A stretch of 61,533 nucleotides of DNA, counting the filler. It is 5 parts of 5 records of this genome, joined end to end, with 100 filler letters (N's around TTAATTAATTAA, not from the genome) between each part and the next. Parts side by side here need not be neighbours in the genome. Positions count along the whole stretch, not along the records: positions 9,249 to 36,451 come from SRR2962707_3178; positions 36,552 to 43,082 come from SRR2962707_3179; 3 more parts are not named here. The stretch is one strand, 5' to 3'. Each line of letters starts with the position of its first letter. Position 1 is the first letter of the stretch. The notes under the pieces are model-generated. The model did not search any database, was not told the origin of the DNA, and worked only from the letters and a program-made list of their open reading frames with translations. The translations under genes were made by a program, and so were the position numbers. Below, piece after piece: positions 29,134 to 38,915 of the stretch.

Positions 29134-30261
29134 CTACCTGACAATCACCAGCCGCTCGGCGGCCCTTGTGATCGCGGTGTATAGCCAGCGCTCGCGGGTC
29201 TCGCGGAAGGCGTAGCTTTCATCGAAGAGGACGACCGAGTTCCACTGCGAACCTTGCGCCTTGTGGACGGTAAGCGCGTAGCCGTAGTCGAAATCGTCGT
29301 AGCGTTTCTTGGTTTGCCAGGGCACTTCAAGATCGGGGTCGTCGAAGACGCTCTTGAGCAGCTTGATCTTGGCCGAACCGCGATCCATGTCGTCGTCTTC
29401 GGGTCTGACCAGCAGGTTGATGCCGGGTTTGACGGTTTCCTTTGACGAGGTCATCACCTGCCAGAGCGAGCCGTTGAGCAGCGCCTTGGAGGGATCGTTC
29501 CTCAGACAGACCAGCTTGTCGCCGGCCTGTGGGAAGGCTTGGGTAAAGCCCTTGAGTTCGCGCAGGCGCTGGTTGTAGCGGCGGCGGGTGCGGTTGGTGC
29601 CGACCAGCACCTGATCGGCCTCGAGCACCATGTCGCGGTCGACATCGTTCTTGCCGATCACCTGGGCTGCGCCGTAATCGCCATGCATGATTTCACGGCC
29701 TTCGCGCACCTGCATGGCCAGATCGATGATCGGATTGTCACGGGCCTGACGGTGAATCTCGGTCAGGAGAATGTCGGGCTCCTGCTCGGTGAAGAACCCA
29801 CCGCCGGAGATTGGCGGTAATTGTCCCGGATCGCCCAGCACAAGGATGGGCGTGCCGAAACTCATCAGATCCTTGCCCAGCGCCTCGTCGACCATCGAGC
29901 ATTCGTCGATGATGATGAGTGCTGCCTGCGCCAGCGGGCTTTGCCGGTTGATCGAGAACAAGGGCGAGACGGTGGTCTTGCCGGTCTCCTCGTCGGAGAT
30001 TTCTTCCTCGCCCTTGGGCCGGTAGATCAGCGAATGAATGGTGCGGGCGTTCTTGGCGCCACGGGCGCGAAGCACCTGGGCGGCCTTGCCGGTGAAGGCT
30101 GCAAACAGCACTTCGCCATCGACATTGTCAGCGAAATACTTGGCCAGCGTGGTCTTGCCGGTGCCGGCATAGCCGAACAGCCGGAAGATCGGCGTGCGGC
30201 CATCCTTGAGCCAGCGCGAGACGGCCTTGAGCGCCTCATCCTGTTGCGGTGAAAACTTCAT
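29134..30261 (-). CDS. RecD-like SF1B ATP-dependent DNA helicase
   Basis: GYAGTGKTT, DECSM, GDPGQLPP, YALTVHKAQGS, YTAITRA. Confidence 0.92.
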   Translation of the reverse strand: MKFSPQQDEALKAVSRWLKDGRTPIFRLFGYAGTGKTTLAKYFADNVDGEVLFAAFTGKAAQVLRARGAKNARTIHSLIYRPKGEEEISDEETGKTTVSPLFSINRQSPLAQAALIIIDECSMVDEALGKDLMSFGTPILVLGDPGQLPPISGGGFFTEQEPDILLTEIHRQARDNPIIDLAMQVREGREIMHGDYGAAQVIGKNDVDRDMVLEADQVLVGTNRTRRRYNQRLRELKGFTQAFPQAGDKLVCLRNDPSKALLNGSLWQVMTSSKETVKPGINLLVRPEDDDMDRGSAKIKLLKSVFDDPDLEVPWQTKKRYDDFDYGYALTVHKAQGSQWNSVVLFDESYAFRETRERWLYTAITRAAERLVIVR

Positions 30262-30319
30262 ATCTTCTCATGGCAGATTCGGTTCGCCTGCGCGACCCCG
30301 GGAAACACCAGACAAAGCG

Positions 30320-30709
30320 CTACAGGATCGAAGCCAGATCGTGCTTGCCGAGCGTTTGCAGAAACGCAGACTTGGCCTGGCCCAGCACACCCTTGAGCCC
30401 GCAGCGCGGCAGGAACACGCAATCATCCCCGCCAAAGCAGCCGGCGATGTTGAAATCGGGCTCCATGTGCTCGGCCACCGCCTTGAGGTTGATGTCACCT
30501 GCAGGCATGGCCAGCCGCAGACCACCATTGCGACCGCGCACCGCGGTAACGAAACCGCCGGCTGTGAGGTTTTGCGCGACCTTCATCAGGTGGTGCTTCG
30601 ACACACCAAACTCACGGGCCAGATCATCAACAGACTTGACCTGACCGGGCGCACGGCCCAGTGCCATGAGAACGCGAAAGGCGTAGTCAGTGTGAAGGGT
30701 CAGGCGCAT
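30320..30709 (-). CDS. Rrf2 family regulator, NsrR-like
   Basis: MRLTLHTDYAFRVL, RGRNGGLRLA, three C-terminal Cys; divergent from a globin gene. Confidence 0.85.
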   Translation of the reverse strand: MRLTLHTDYAFRVLMALGRAPGQVKSVDDLAREFGVSKHHLMKVAQNLTAGGFVTAVRGRNGGLRLAMPAGDINLKAVAEHMEPDFNIAGCFGGDDCVFLPRCGLKGVLGQAKSAFLQTLGKHDLASIL

Positions 30710-30720
30710 CGACAACCTCA

Positions 30721-30780
30721 ATAGTGGTATTTCAATTATTGCTTTTTATCGCGCAAACGAATAGTGGTAAATCAAATACC
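30721..30780. promoter_or_regulatory. Two related boxes, candidate Rrf2 operators
   Basis: ATAGTGGTATTTCAATTATT (30721) and ATAGTGGTAAATCAAATACC (30761), 40 bp apart; second has GGTA-N7-TACC symmetry. Confidence 0.55.
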
Positions 30781-30795
30781 AGAAAAGAGGACGTG

Positions 30796-30954
30796 ATGAA
30801 AACACTGCTTTGGCTGTTTCTGCTCCCGGGTGATCTGGTCCGCCGCCAGCTCGGCATCACTGTCGAACAGGATGGCGGCTTGATCCGCTCGTTCATCAAC
30901 ATGTGTTTCTGGGGAGCGATCGCGCTGTTGATCGCCTTGAAATATAATGGCTGA
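30796..30954 (+). CDS. Small (52 aa) membrane protein
   Basis: GAGGA RBS, two hydrophobic stretches, overlaps start of globin gene. Confidence 0.65.
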   Translation: MKTLLWLFLLPGDLVRRQLGITVEQDGGLIRSFINMCFWGAIALLIALKYNG

Positions 30955-31396
30955 CAGGCCTGCCCCGATCGTGATCTCCGCCCGGCCAGCGCCGCCGCGG
31001 GTGCCCGCCGTCGAGATCTCGCCGGATGAGATCGCCGTGCTGGTTGACCGGTTTTATGGCGCCATCCGCCAACACCCGCGGCTCGGTCCGTTGTTCGAAG
31101 ACCGGCTTGCGGGCAAATGGGATCCGCATCTTGAACGGATGAACCAGTTCTGGCGCTCGGTGCTGTTGCATTCGGGCGAATATTCCGGACAGCCTGTGGT
31201 CAAGCACAATGGCTTGCCGGACCTTCAGGAAGATGATTTCCGGCTGTGGCTGGAGCAGTTCGAGGCCACCACGGCATCGCTGTTTGAACCCGGCACCGCA
31301 GCGCCGATCCTGGTGATCGCCCGGCGCATCGCCCGCAGCCTGTGGCTGGCGCGGTTCGGCACGCCGTTCAACAAGGCGCCGGACTGGCTGGGTTGA
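30947..31396 (+). CDS. Group III truncated haemoglobin
   Basis: LVDRFY..LGPLF, W..HL..FW.SVLL..G.Y.G.P..KH, F.LWL..F. Confidence 0.88.
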   Translation: MADRPAPIVISARPAPPRVPAVEISPDEIAVLVDRFYGAIRQHPRLGPLFEDRLAGKWDPHLERMNQFWRSVLLHSGEYSGQPVVKHNGLPDLQEDDFRLWLEQFEATTASLFEPGTAAPILVIARRIARSLWLARFGTPFNKAPDWLG

Positions 31397-31402
31397 CAGT
31401 TC

Positions 31403-31448
31403 GGGGACAGTTTACTTTTGGGGCAAACCGCAAAAGTAAACTGTCCCC
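31403..31448. repeat. Perfect 18-bp inverted repeat (REP-like / bidirectional terminator)
   Basis: GGGGACAGTTTACTTTTG-N10-CAAAAGTAAACTGTCCCC between convergent genes. Confidence 0.85.
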
Positions 31449-31460
31449 AATTTTCCGGTT

Positions 31461-31844
31461 TCACGTCCTCTCGGGGTCGTTTTCCAACAGAATCGGCTGG
31501 CCATGCGGCGTTGCATGGGCGGCACGTTGCCAGGACGCTGACATTTCGGCGACCAGCTGTGGAGCTGCCACGCCTTTTTGTGACAACAGCGCCTCGATTG
31601 TCGCCAGCCAGTGCTGGTAATAGTCGCTGCCATCTTGCGCCGCGCCGGGTCTGGCCACCTGGCGAGACAATTCGGCCGCCCATTCCGTCCAGGTAAAGAC
31701 ACCACGCTGATGCAGCGCCACGGCCAGTCCGAAGGCCTGGGCCTGCCAGGGCTCGGCGAACACCGGTGCGTCCGGACCTGCCCCGTCGGGCAAGCGAAAC
31801 GGCGAGCCGGCCTGGGTGGCGAGGTTTGGCTCAGGCGTGCTCAA
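31461..31844 (-). CDS. Nitrile hydratase accessory (activator) protein
   Basis: PVFAEPWQAQAF, YYQHWL, ATPHGQPI; follows beta subunit. Confidence 0.9.
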   Translation of the reverse strand: MSTPEPNLATQAGSPFRLPDGAGPDAPVFAEPWQAQAFGLAVALHQRGVFTWTEWAAELSRQVARPGAAQDGSDYYQHWLATIEALLSQKGVAAPQLVAEMSASWQRAAHATPHGQPILLENDPERT

Positions 31845-32490
31845 GATAGCTCTCCCAGGCGTCTATCGAGACCATCAGTGCCGGATCAGCGCCCTGCCCC
31901 CAGAGCTCCTGGCCTGTGAAACAGACCGTATAGACATGCTGCGGGCTTTCGCCTTTTTCGTGGGCGTTGGTGTCGGGAAACACAAACCCCTCGCGAACGG
32001 CCTCGATCGTGCCTTGCTTGCCGCGGGCATAGCGCGGCAGCCGCGTGTGGGTTTCCGGGTGTTCATTGATCGTGCGGACCCGGTCTCCCGGCTTGAAGTG
32101 CGGTTGAGCGGAAACCTCGCGGTTGCACGGCGCGCCGCGAGCCAGAACGGCTGCAACGTCGTTTTCATGCAGCACACGCTTTGGTTTGACGCCAGGCCAG
32201 AGCTTGTGGCCGGCTTCCAGTTCGTCGGCAGAAACAAAGCCGTGGCGTTCGAGCAAGGTCTCAAGCGCCCGGATCCAGATCTCGTAATAGCTGGCGCTGT
32301 AATAGGTCGCCGGGTGCAGACTTTCGCGCGCATGGCGGCTTTCGTCGATGGTCCAGGCACCGAAGGCGCCGGTGGCAAGCGTCACGCCAAGCGCGCGTCT
32401 TTCCCAGTCGGCATGAAACACCGGCTCATCAGTTTCAGGGGCGACCGGGCCAAAGCCCATCTGTCCGCCGAGATCGTGCGGACCGTTCAT
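31831..32490 (-). CDS. nthB: Nitrile hydratase beta subunit
   Basis: [32 protein letters not shown]. Confidence 0.96.
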   Translation of the reverse strand: MNGPHDLGGQMGFGPVAPETDEPVFHADWERRALGVTLATGAFGAWTIDESRHARESLHPATYYSASYYEIWIRALETLLERHGFVSADELEAGHKLWPGVKPKRVLHENDVAAVLARGAPCNREVSAQPHFKPGDRVRTINEHPETHTRLPRYARGKQGTIEAVREGFVFPDTNAHEKGESPQHVYTVCFTGQELWGQGADPALMVSIDAWESYLEHA

Positions 32491-33161
32491 GACGCTGATC
32501 CCGCATCATCCGCAGGTGGCCACAATGCGCCGGGTCCAAGCGAACCAGGCCTGAGCGGCAGGCCGGTGCCGATCATTGAATCACGGGTGACCAGCTTCGC
32601 CAGTTCGTCTTCGGACAAACCTTCGGTTTCAACCGGCCTCATCGGCACCACCATATAGCGTAGCTCAGCGGTGGAATCCCACACCCGGATGCGGGTTTCC
32701 TCAGGCAGCACGAGGCCGAATTCGGCCAGCACGCCACGTGGGTTGATCACCGCCTGGCTGCGATAGGGCGGCGCCTTGTACCAGACCGGCGGCACGCCGA
32801 GCACCGTCCACGGATAGCAGGAGCACAGCGTACAGACGATGAGGTTGTGGGTGTCCTCGGTGTTGAAAACCGCCTGCATATGCTCGCCCTGCCGGCCCAT
32901 GTAGCCAAGCGAGGCGATGGCCGCAGTGGCGTCGCGTTCGAGCCACTCGGCGAAGTCAGCGTCAGCCCAGGCCTTGGCCACGACACGGGCGCCGTTGCGC
33001 GGCCCGACCTTGGTCTCGTAGGTCTCCACAATGGCGTCGACGGCGGCAGGATCGATCAGCCCCTTTTCGGTCAGAATCGTCTCCAGCGCCTTGACCCGGG
33101 CCGCGAACGGATTGAGCTCGTTGTCGTGATGGTGGTCATGGTGATGGTGATCTTGGGTCAT
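32487..33161 (-). CDS. nthA: Cobalt-type nitrile hydratase alpha subunit
   Basis: Metal motif VCTLCSCY (Co-type). Confidence 0.96.
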   Translation of the reverse strand: MTQDHHHHDHHHDNELNPFAARVKALETILTEKGLIDPAAVDAIVETYETKVGPRNGARVVAKAWADADFAEWLERDATAAIASLGYMGRQGEHMQAVFNTEDTHNLIVCTLCSCYPWTVLGVPPVWYKAPPYRSQAVINPRGVLAEFGLVLPEETRIRVWDSTAELRYMVVPMRPVETEGLSEDELAKLVTRDSMIGTGLPLRPGSLGPGALWPPADDAGSAS

Positions 33162-33187
33162 GGGGTAAGGTTAGTCCTCTCGTCAGG

Positions 33188-33787
33188 CTATCGCAACATC
33201 GGCCACAGGCTCAATACCAGCAGCACGGCCATGGAGATGTTGAACCATTTGAGCCGCACCGGATCGGCCAGCCAGGATCTGAGCACCGATCCGAACCCGG
33301 CCCAGGCCGACACGCACGGTACGGTGGCGATGGCAAACGCAAGGCAGATCAGCATCACCGTGTCAGCGTAATGGTCGGGGTCGGTGTAGATTCCCATGGC
33401 CGTGACCAGCATCACCCAGGCCTTCGGATTGACCCACTGGAACGCCGCCGCCTCCAGAAACGTCATCGGCCGCGCCCCGGCCTTGGCTTCGGGCAAGGTG
33501 TTTGATGTGGCGATGCGCCAGGCGATGTAGACGAGATAGGCGCCACCCAGGATCTTGAGAACCAGATAGAGCGCGGGAAAGGTTGTCAGCAGCGCGCCAA
33601 GCCCGAATCCGACGGCCAGAAGAAGCACCAGAAAGCCGATACCGATGCCGAACATGTGCGGCACGGTGTCGCGGAAGCCGAAATTCACGCCTGAGGTAAA
33701 CAGCATCATGGTGTTGGGGCCCGGCGTGCCGGAAGCAACAAAGGCGAAGGCGATCAGCGTCAGGAAGGTTTCGAGTGCCATAGTCAT
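33188..33787 (-). CDS. LysE/RhtB family exporter
   Basis: TPGPN and FQWVNPKAW motifs. Confidence 0.88.
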   Translation of the reverse strand: MTMALETFLTLIAFAFVASGTPGPNTMMLFTSGVNFGFRDTVPHMFGIGIGFLVLLLAVGFGLGALLTTFPALYLVLKILGGAYLVYIAWRIATSNTLPEAKAGARPMTFLEAAAFQWVNPKAWVMLVTAMGIYTDPDHYADTVMLICLAFAIATVPCVSAWAGFGSVLRSWLADPVRLKWFNISMAVLLVLSLWPMLR

Positions 33788-33902
33788 TCCAGCCGGCGGC
33801 ATGCCGATCCATACTTGTTAAACCACCCAAGGCGCGAGACAAACAAATTGTCGTCATACCCGCATTCCAGAATGTGATCGAAACCCGACAGAGGAGACCG
33901 AC

Positions 33903-34748
33903 ATGAGCCTTGCGCTACCCACAGCCACATTCCGTGACGGATACACCGTACCGGCGCTCGGACTCGGCACCTGGCACATGGGCGAGCGCCGAAGCGAGAA
34001 GGCGGGCGAAGTGCGGGCACTGCAAGCGGGTATCGATTGCGGCATGACGTTGATCGACACTGCGGAAATGTATGCCAATGGCGGCGCCGAGGAAGTTGCC
34101 GGCGAGGCCATCAGGGGCCGCCGTGATGATGTGTTTCTCGTCTCCAAGGTTCTGCCGTCCAATGCCAGCCGACACGGCACCATCGCTGCTTGCGAAGCAA
34201 GCCTGCAAAGGCTTGGCACCGACCATATCGATCTCTATCTGCTGCACTGGCCCGGCCGTCATCCGCTGGGTGGCACCATTGAAGCCTTTGAAGAATTGCG
34301 CGGGGCAGGCAAAATCAGCCGCTGGGGTGTTTCCAACTTCGACACGCTGGCCATCCGGCAATTGTCCGCCCTGCCCGGCGGCGCCGATTGCGCAGCCAAT
34401 CAGGTGCTCTACAACCTGTCGACGCGCGGCATCGAGTTCGATCTGCTGCCGTGGATGACCGAGAACGCCATGCCACTGATGGCCTATTCACCGCTCGATG
34501 AAGGCCGGCTGCTCAGGCATCCGGGGCTGGGCAGAATCGCAAAGCGGCTCGGCCTGCCACCGGCGCAGCTGGCGCTGGCCTTCCTGCTCAGCCACGACAA
34601 TGTGATTGCCATTCCCAAATCGTCCAGTCCGGATCGGGTTGCCGAGAACCGGGCAGCGGCGGACATCACATTAAGCGCTGAACAATTGGCAGAACTCGAT
34701 CAGATCTTCCCACCGCCGCGCTCGCGCGAACCGCTGCAGATGATCTGA
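33903..34748 (+). CDS. Aldo/keto reductase
   Basis: [30 protein letters not shown]. Confidence 0.92.
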   Translation: MSLALPTATFRDGYTVPALGLGTWHMGERRSEKAGEVRALQAGIDCGMTLIDTAEMYANGGAEEVAGEAIRGRRDDVFLVSKVLPSNASRHGTIAACEASLQRLGTDHIDLYLLHWPGRHPLGGTIEAFEELRGAGKISRWGVSNFDTLAIRQLSALPGGADCAANQVLYNLSTRGIEFDLLPWMTENAMPLMAYSPLDEGRLLRHPGLGRIAKRLGLPPAQLALAFLLSHDNVIAIPKSSSPDRVAENRAAADITLSAEQLAELDQIFPPPRSREPLQMI

Positions 34749-34850
34749 ATTCTTCTGCTCTGCACCACGCCTCGATGCCCCAACAGTGAAACGCCGCCGG
34801 AGATGAGATGATCTCCAACGGCGGGACTATCGAATTTTGCATGGATAGCA

Positions 34851-35114
34851 TTACCAGTTCAGGCATTTCTCCAGCATGGCCGCATCCGGATATTTGGCTT
34901 TGGGGCCGAATTCCGCGTAACAGCCCGCGGTCCAGGCAGGGCCGCTGCTGCTGGCTGCGCCGGTGCCGCCCCGGGTCGGGGCGAATTTTATCACTGCGCT
35001 GTTTGTCTGCATCGGCTTGAAGGTGGTCGAACGGCCCTCGGCACTGGCCGTGCCGGCGACTGCAAACATGATGCCTAGAGACATGGCGGCGGTGGTCATA
35101 ATGATCTTGTTCAT
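34851..35114 (-). CDS. Small secreted protein of unknown function
   Basis: GAGGAA RBS, signal peptide ending ASA, two Cys near C-terminus. Confidence 0.65.
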   Translation of the reverse strand: MNKIIMTTAAMSLGIMFAVAGTASAEGRSTTFKPMQTNSAVIKFAPTRGGTGAASSSGPAWTAGCYAEFGPKAKYPDAAMLEKCLNW

Positions 35115-35265
35115 GGCTGTTTCCTCTCTTTGGGTTGTCGCGTTGATGCGATGAACCCGTTGTAGAGAGGTCCGGTTAAACCGGATTGGAACGCCATGTT
35201 CATCTGGCGTTAACCATGTTTTCCGAGCGTGTCGGCCTGCAGCAACGAGCTGCAGGCCAAAGTCA

Positions 35266-35838
35266 TCACATGCCTTGCGGCCCGCGATTCATCGCGGCGA
35301 TACCGGTACGGCAGATCTCGACCAGTCCGAGCGGGCGCATGATCGATATGAACTGCTCGATCTTGGAAACGCGACCGGTGATCTCGAAGATGAAATGCTC
35401 GGTGTTGGCGTCAATCACCTGGGCGCGGAAGGCGTCTGCGAGGCGCAGTGCTTCGACCCGGTTGTCGTTGGTGCCGGTGACCTTGACCAGGGCAAGCTCG
35501 CGTTCGAGCGGCTTGTCGTGGCCGAGTTCGGCCGAGCGCACGGTCAGATCCACCACCCGGTGCACGGGCACGATGCGTTCAAGCTGGGATTTGACCTGCT
35601 CGAGCACATTCGGGGTGGCAGTGGTGACGATGGTGATGCGCGAGAGATGCGCCTCATGCTCGGTCTCCGAGACCGTCAGGCTTTCGATGTTGTAGCCGCG
35701 GCCGGAAAACAGGCCAATGACCCGGGCCAGGACACCCGGCTCGTTGTCGACGAGAACCGAAAGCGTGTGGGTTTCAGGCCGTGTGGTTTCGGCGGTCATG
35801 AAATAGGCCGAACCGGTGGGCTGATGCTGAGCGTTCAT
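35266..35838 (-). CDS. ilvH: Acetolactate synthase small (regulatory) subunit
   Basis: LSVLVDNEPGVLARVIGLFSGRGYNIESL ACT domain. Confidence 0.96.
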   Translation of the reverse strand: MNAQHQPTGSAYFMTAETTRPETHTLSVLVDNEPGVLARVIGLFSGRGYNIESLTVSETEHEAHLSRITIVTTATPNVLEQVKSQLERIVPVHRVVDLTVRSAELGHDKPLERELALVKVTGTNDNRVEALRLADAFRAQVIDANTEHFIFEITGRVSKIEQFISIMRPLGLVEICRTGIAAMNRGPQGM

Positions 35839-35865
35839 GTGATCAGTTCCTCTAACAGGCGCGGC

Positions 35866-36451
35866 TCAAACGAGCGCGCGGCCTTTTGCATCAATGGCGT
35901 TGGCGACAGCTTCGTCGGTGGCCTCATCAGGCAGCAGCATGTCGTTATGCGCCTTGCCTGACGGGATCATCGGGAAGCAGTTGGCGAGCGCTGCGACGCG
36001 GCAATCGAAGATCACCGGCTGCGGCGTATCGATCATGGTCTGGATCGCATCGTCGAGGTCAGCTGGCTTGTCGCAGCGGATGCCGACGCCGCCATAGGCC
36101 TCGGCCAGTTTGACGAAGTCAGGCATGGATTCGGTGTAGGAATGCGACAGCCGGTTACCATGCAGCAACTGCTGCCACTGCCTGACCATGCCCATGTACT
36201 GGTTATTGAGAATGAAGATCTTGACCGGCAGGCCGTACTGCACCGCGCAGGACATTTCCTGGATGCACATCTGGATCGAGGCGTCGCCGGCAATGTCGAT
36301 GACCAGGCTGTCACGGTGCGCAACCTGCACGCCGATGGCCGCAGGGAAGCCATAGCCCATGGTGCCCAGGCCGCCGGAGGTCATCCAGCGGTTGGGTTCC
36401 TCGAAGCCATAGAACTGCGCTGCCCACATCTGGTGCTGGCCCACTTCGGTG
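35866..36451 (-). CDS. ilvI: Acetolactate synthase large subunit, 3' part
   Basis: [22 protein letters not shown] ThDP motif, MVRQWQ. Confidence 0.96.
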
Positions 36452-36551
36452 NNNNNNNNNNNNNNNNNNNNNNNNNNNNNNNNNNNNNNNNNNNNTTAAT
36501 TAATTAANNNNNNNNNNNNNNNNNNNNNNNNNNNNNNNNNNNNNNNNNNNN
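36452..36551. other. Artificial contig linker
   Basis: N44-TTAATTAATTAA-N44. Confidence 0.99.
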
Positions 36552-37241
36552 CGCACGCCGCTCAACGCGATCATCGGTTTTTCCGAAATCATGCGGCAGC
36601 AGATGTTCGGGCCGATCGGCGTCGAGCGCTATCGCGAATACACCAACGACATTCACGACAGCGGACGCCATTTGTTGAATGTCATTGACGACATTCTCGA
36701 TATTTCCAAGATCGAGGCCGGCCGTTACGCACTCGAAGATGAGGAAGTCGATCTTGGATCGGTGTTGCGCTGGTCAGTGGAAATGATGCGGGCGCGCACG
36801 CTGGACAAGCGGCAGACCGTATCGCTGACGCTACCCGACGAGATGCCCAGCCTGCGAGCCGACCAGCGCGCCATGCGCCAGATCATGCTGAATCTGCTAT
36901 CGAACGCCGCAAAGTTCACGCCCGTGGACGGCAGGATCGACCTTTGCACGTCCATCACCGAGACGGGCGACATTCGCCTTACCGTCAGCGATAACGGCAT
37001 CGGCATCCCGCTCGACAAGCTCGACGAAGTTCTCGAGCCCTTCGGCCAGGTCGACGACACCAACGCGCGCCAGCATGGCGGCACCGGGCTCGGCCTTCCG
37101 ATTACCAAATCGCTCATCGAAATGCACGGCGGCAGCTTCCGCATTGAAAGCACGCTGGGCGAAGGCACCACCGCAACAATGTCGTTGCCCGGCTGGCGCC
37201 TGATCTGGACCGAGGGAAACGAAAAGACCGCCGCAGTCTGA
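36552..37241 (+). CDS. Sensor histidine kinase, C-terminal part (PleC/DivJ-like HisKA + HATPase)
   Basis: RTPLNAIIGFSE at contig start, NLLSNAAKFT, DNGIGI, GTGLGL. Confidence 0.9.
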   Translation, partial: RTPLNAIIGFSEIMRQQMFGPIGVERYREYTNDIHDSGRHLLNVIDDILDISKIEAGRYALEDEEVDLGSVLRWSVEMMRARTLDKRQTVSLTLPDEMPSLRADQRAMRQIMLNLLSNAAKFTPVDGRIDLCTSITETGDIRLTVSDNGIGIPLDKLDEVLEPFGQVDDTNARQHGGTGLGLPITKSLIEMHGGSFRIESTLGEGTTATMSLPGWRLIWTEGNEKTAAV

Positions 37242-37278
37242 ACCGCGGCTGTCTTCGTCTTTCGCGATGCGCGTGCCT

Positions 37279-38571
37279 TTACTCAGCCGCTTTCGACTGA
37301 CGGTTTGCACCGATATAGCCGAACAGGTGCCCGCCCACCTTGCGCATCTGGATTTCTTCCGACCCCTCGGTGATGCGATAACGTCTGTGGTGCCGGTAGA
37401 TGTGCTCGAACGGCTTGTGGCGCGAATATCCGATGGCGCCATGTACCTGGATCGCAAGATCCGCAACCTGGCAGACGAGCCGGTTCGCCCTGTAGTTGCA
37501 CATCGAAACCCTGTCGGAGAGATACCGGGCGACGTCGGGCTTCGACATCTGGTCCATTTCCCATGCCGTCTTGTAGATGAAGTTGCGGATCATCTCGCAT
37601 TCCGTATGCGCTTCGACCATCGGAAACTGGATCGCCTGGTTCGAGGCCAGTGGCTTGCCGAACGGCTTTCGCTGCTTGGCGTAAGCAACGCTCTCATCGA
37701 TGCAGAATTGCGCGGCGCCGACACCTGACGCTGCCTGCCTGATGCGGTTCTCATGGACAAAGTGCTGCGCGAGTTCGAGGCCGCGCTCGGGGTCGCCGAG
37801 ATAGGAACCGTCAGGCACCCACACATTGGTGAAGGACACACGCGGATGGTCCGTCGGCATGTTGAAGGTCCAGAGGTATTCCTCGATCTTCACTCCGGGC
37901 GTATCGACGGGCACGATGAAACAGGTGATACCGAGGGCGTCTCCGCCTTTGCCGCTCGTGCGGGCAAAGACGAAGTCATGTGTCGCCACATGCATGCCCG
38001 TGTTCCACATTTTGGCGCCATTGATGAGCCAGCCATCGGTGCCGTCGCGCTTTTCGCGCTTCGCGGTCGTTTCCATCCAGGTGGCATCGGACCCGTGATC
38101 CGGCTCTGTGAGGCCGAACGCAACCCGGACCGACCCGTCCAGCGACCCGGGAATGAACTTCTTCTTCTGCTCGTCGGTTCCAAAATCGCGAAACATCAAC
38201 ACGGTCGGGAAATTGCCGACCACGGAGGTTTCGTTCTGCAGATCGTTGTGAAGGCCGAGCCCCTTCGCCGCCAGATGATCGCGGATGACCGCCATGGCGA
38301 GATTGGTGCCGTCCTTGCCGCCATATTCCTTCGGCAGCGCGTAGCGCAGATGCCCCGCCTTGTCGGCAGTCTTCCGCATTTCGCCAAGCAGCGCCTCCCA
38401 GTCGTGCCGCGGCAGTCCCTGATTGTCCCAGTCGGTTCTGGCGTGCTCGCGGCGATGATCGAAAAACCGCTCATTGTCGTCCTTCGCCTGCAACGGCTTG
38501 ATTTCCTTCTCGATGAAATCGTCGAGAACGGCGAGATAGTCGGTAACGTCCTTGGGGATTCTGAAATCCAT
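37279..38571 (-). CDS. Acyl-CoA dehydrogenase
   Basis: FGLTEPDHGSDA, INGAKMW, RKPFGKPL, RITEGSEEIQ. Confidence 0.93.
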   Translation of the reverse strand: MDFRIPKDVTDYLAVLDDFIEKEIKPLQAKDDNERFFDHRREHARTDWDNQGLPRHDWEALLGEMRKTADKAGHLRYALPKEYGGKDGTNLAMAVIRDHLAAKGLGLHNDLQNETSVVGNFPTVLMFRDFGTDEQKKKFIPGSLDGSVRVAFGLTEPDHGSDATWMETTAKREKRDGTDGWLINGAKMWNTGMHVATHDFVFARTSGKGGDALGITCFIVPVDTPGVKIEEYLWTFNMPTDHPRVSFTNVWVPDGSYLGDPERGLELAQHFVHENRIRQAASGVGAAQFCIDESVAYAKQRKPFGKPLASNQAIQFPMVEAHTECEMIRNFIYKTAWEMDQMSKPDVARYLSDRVSMCNYRANRLVCQVADLAIQVHGAIGYSRHKPFEHIYRHHRRYRITEGSEEIQMRKVGGHLFGYIGANRQSKAAE

Positions 38572-38915
38572 GACAGTGCCTCCCTGTTTCCCTCTCGGGG
38601 CCGTCTTCCGCCCTGGGGGAATTTTGCGATGTCGATGAACGACACTATAGACCTCGGTCCAGTCTCCGAAAGGGCACGCTCCGGCGGGTCCCGCCGCGAC
38701 GTTGCGGAAGGCGCCTCAAAAATTTGCGTTAACTTTTTGTCTGCCTAAACCCTTGCGTGGACACAACATTTAGCCGTGAACGAAGCCGGAAAACGACCCG
38801 GTCACCGATTCGGACCCCGTTCGTTCGCCCAATATTCCGTTCCTTAATTCCATGGCGGTTAACGGCGGAGCCTCTTGCCTCGGCCCGGTTTTGCGTCGAA
38901 GGTGCGCTTCGGAAC

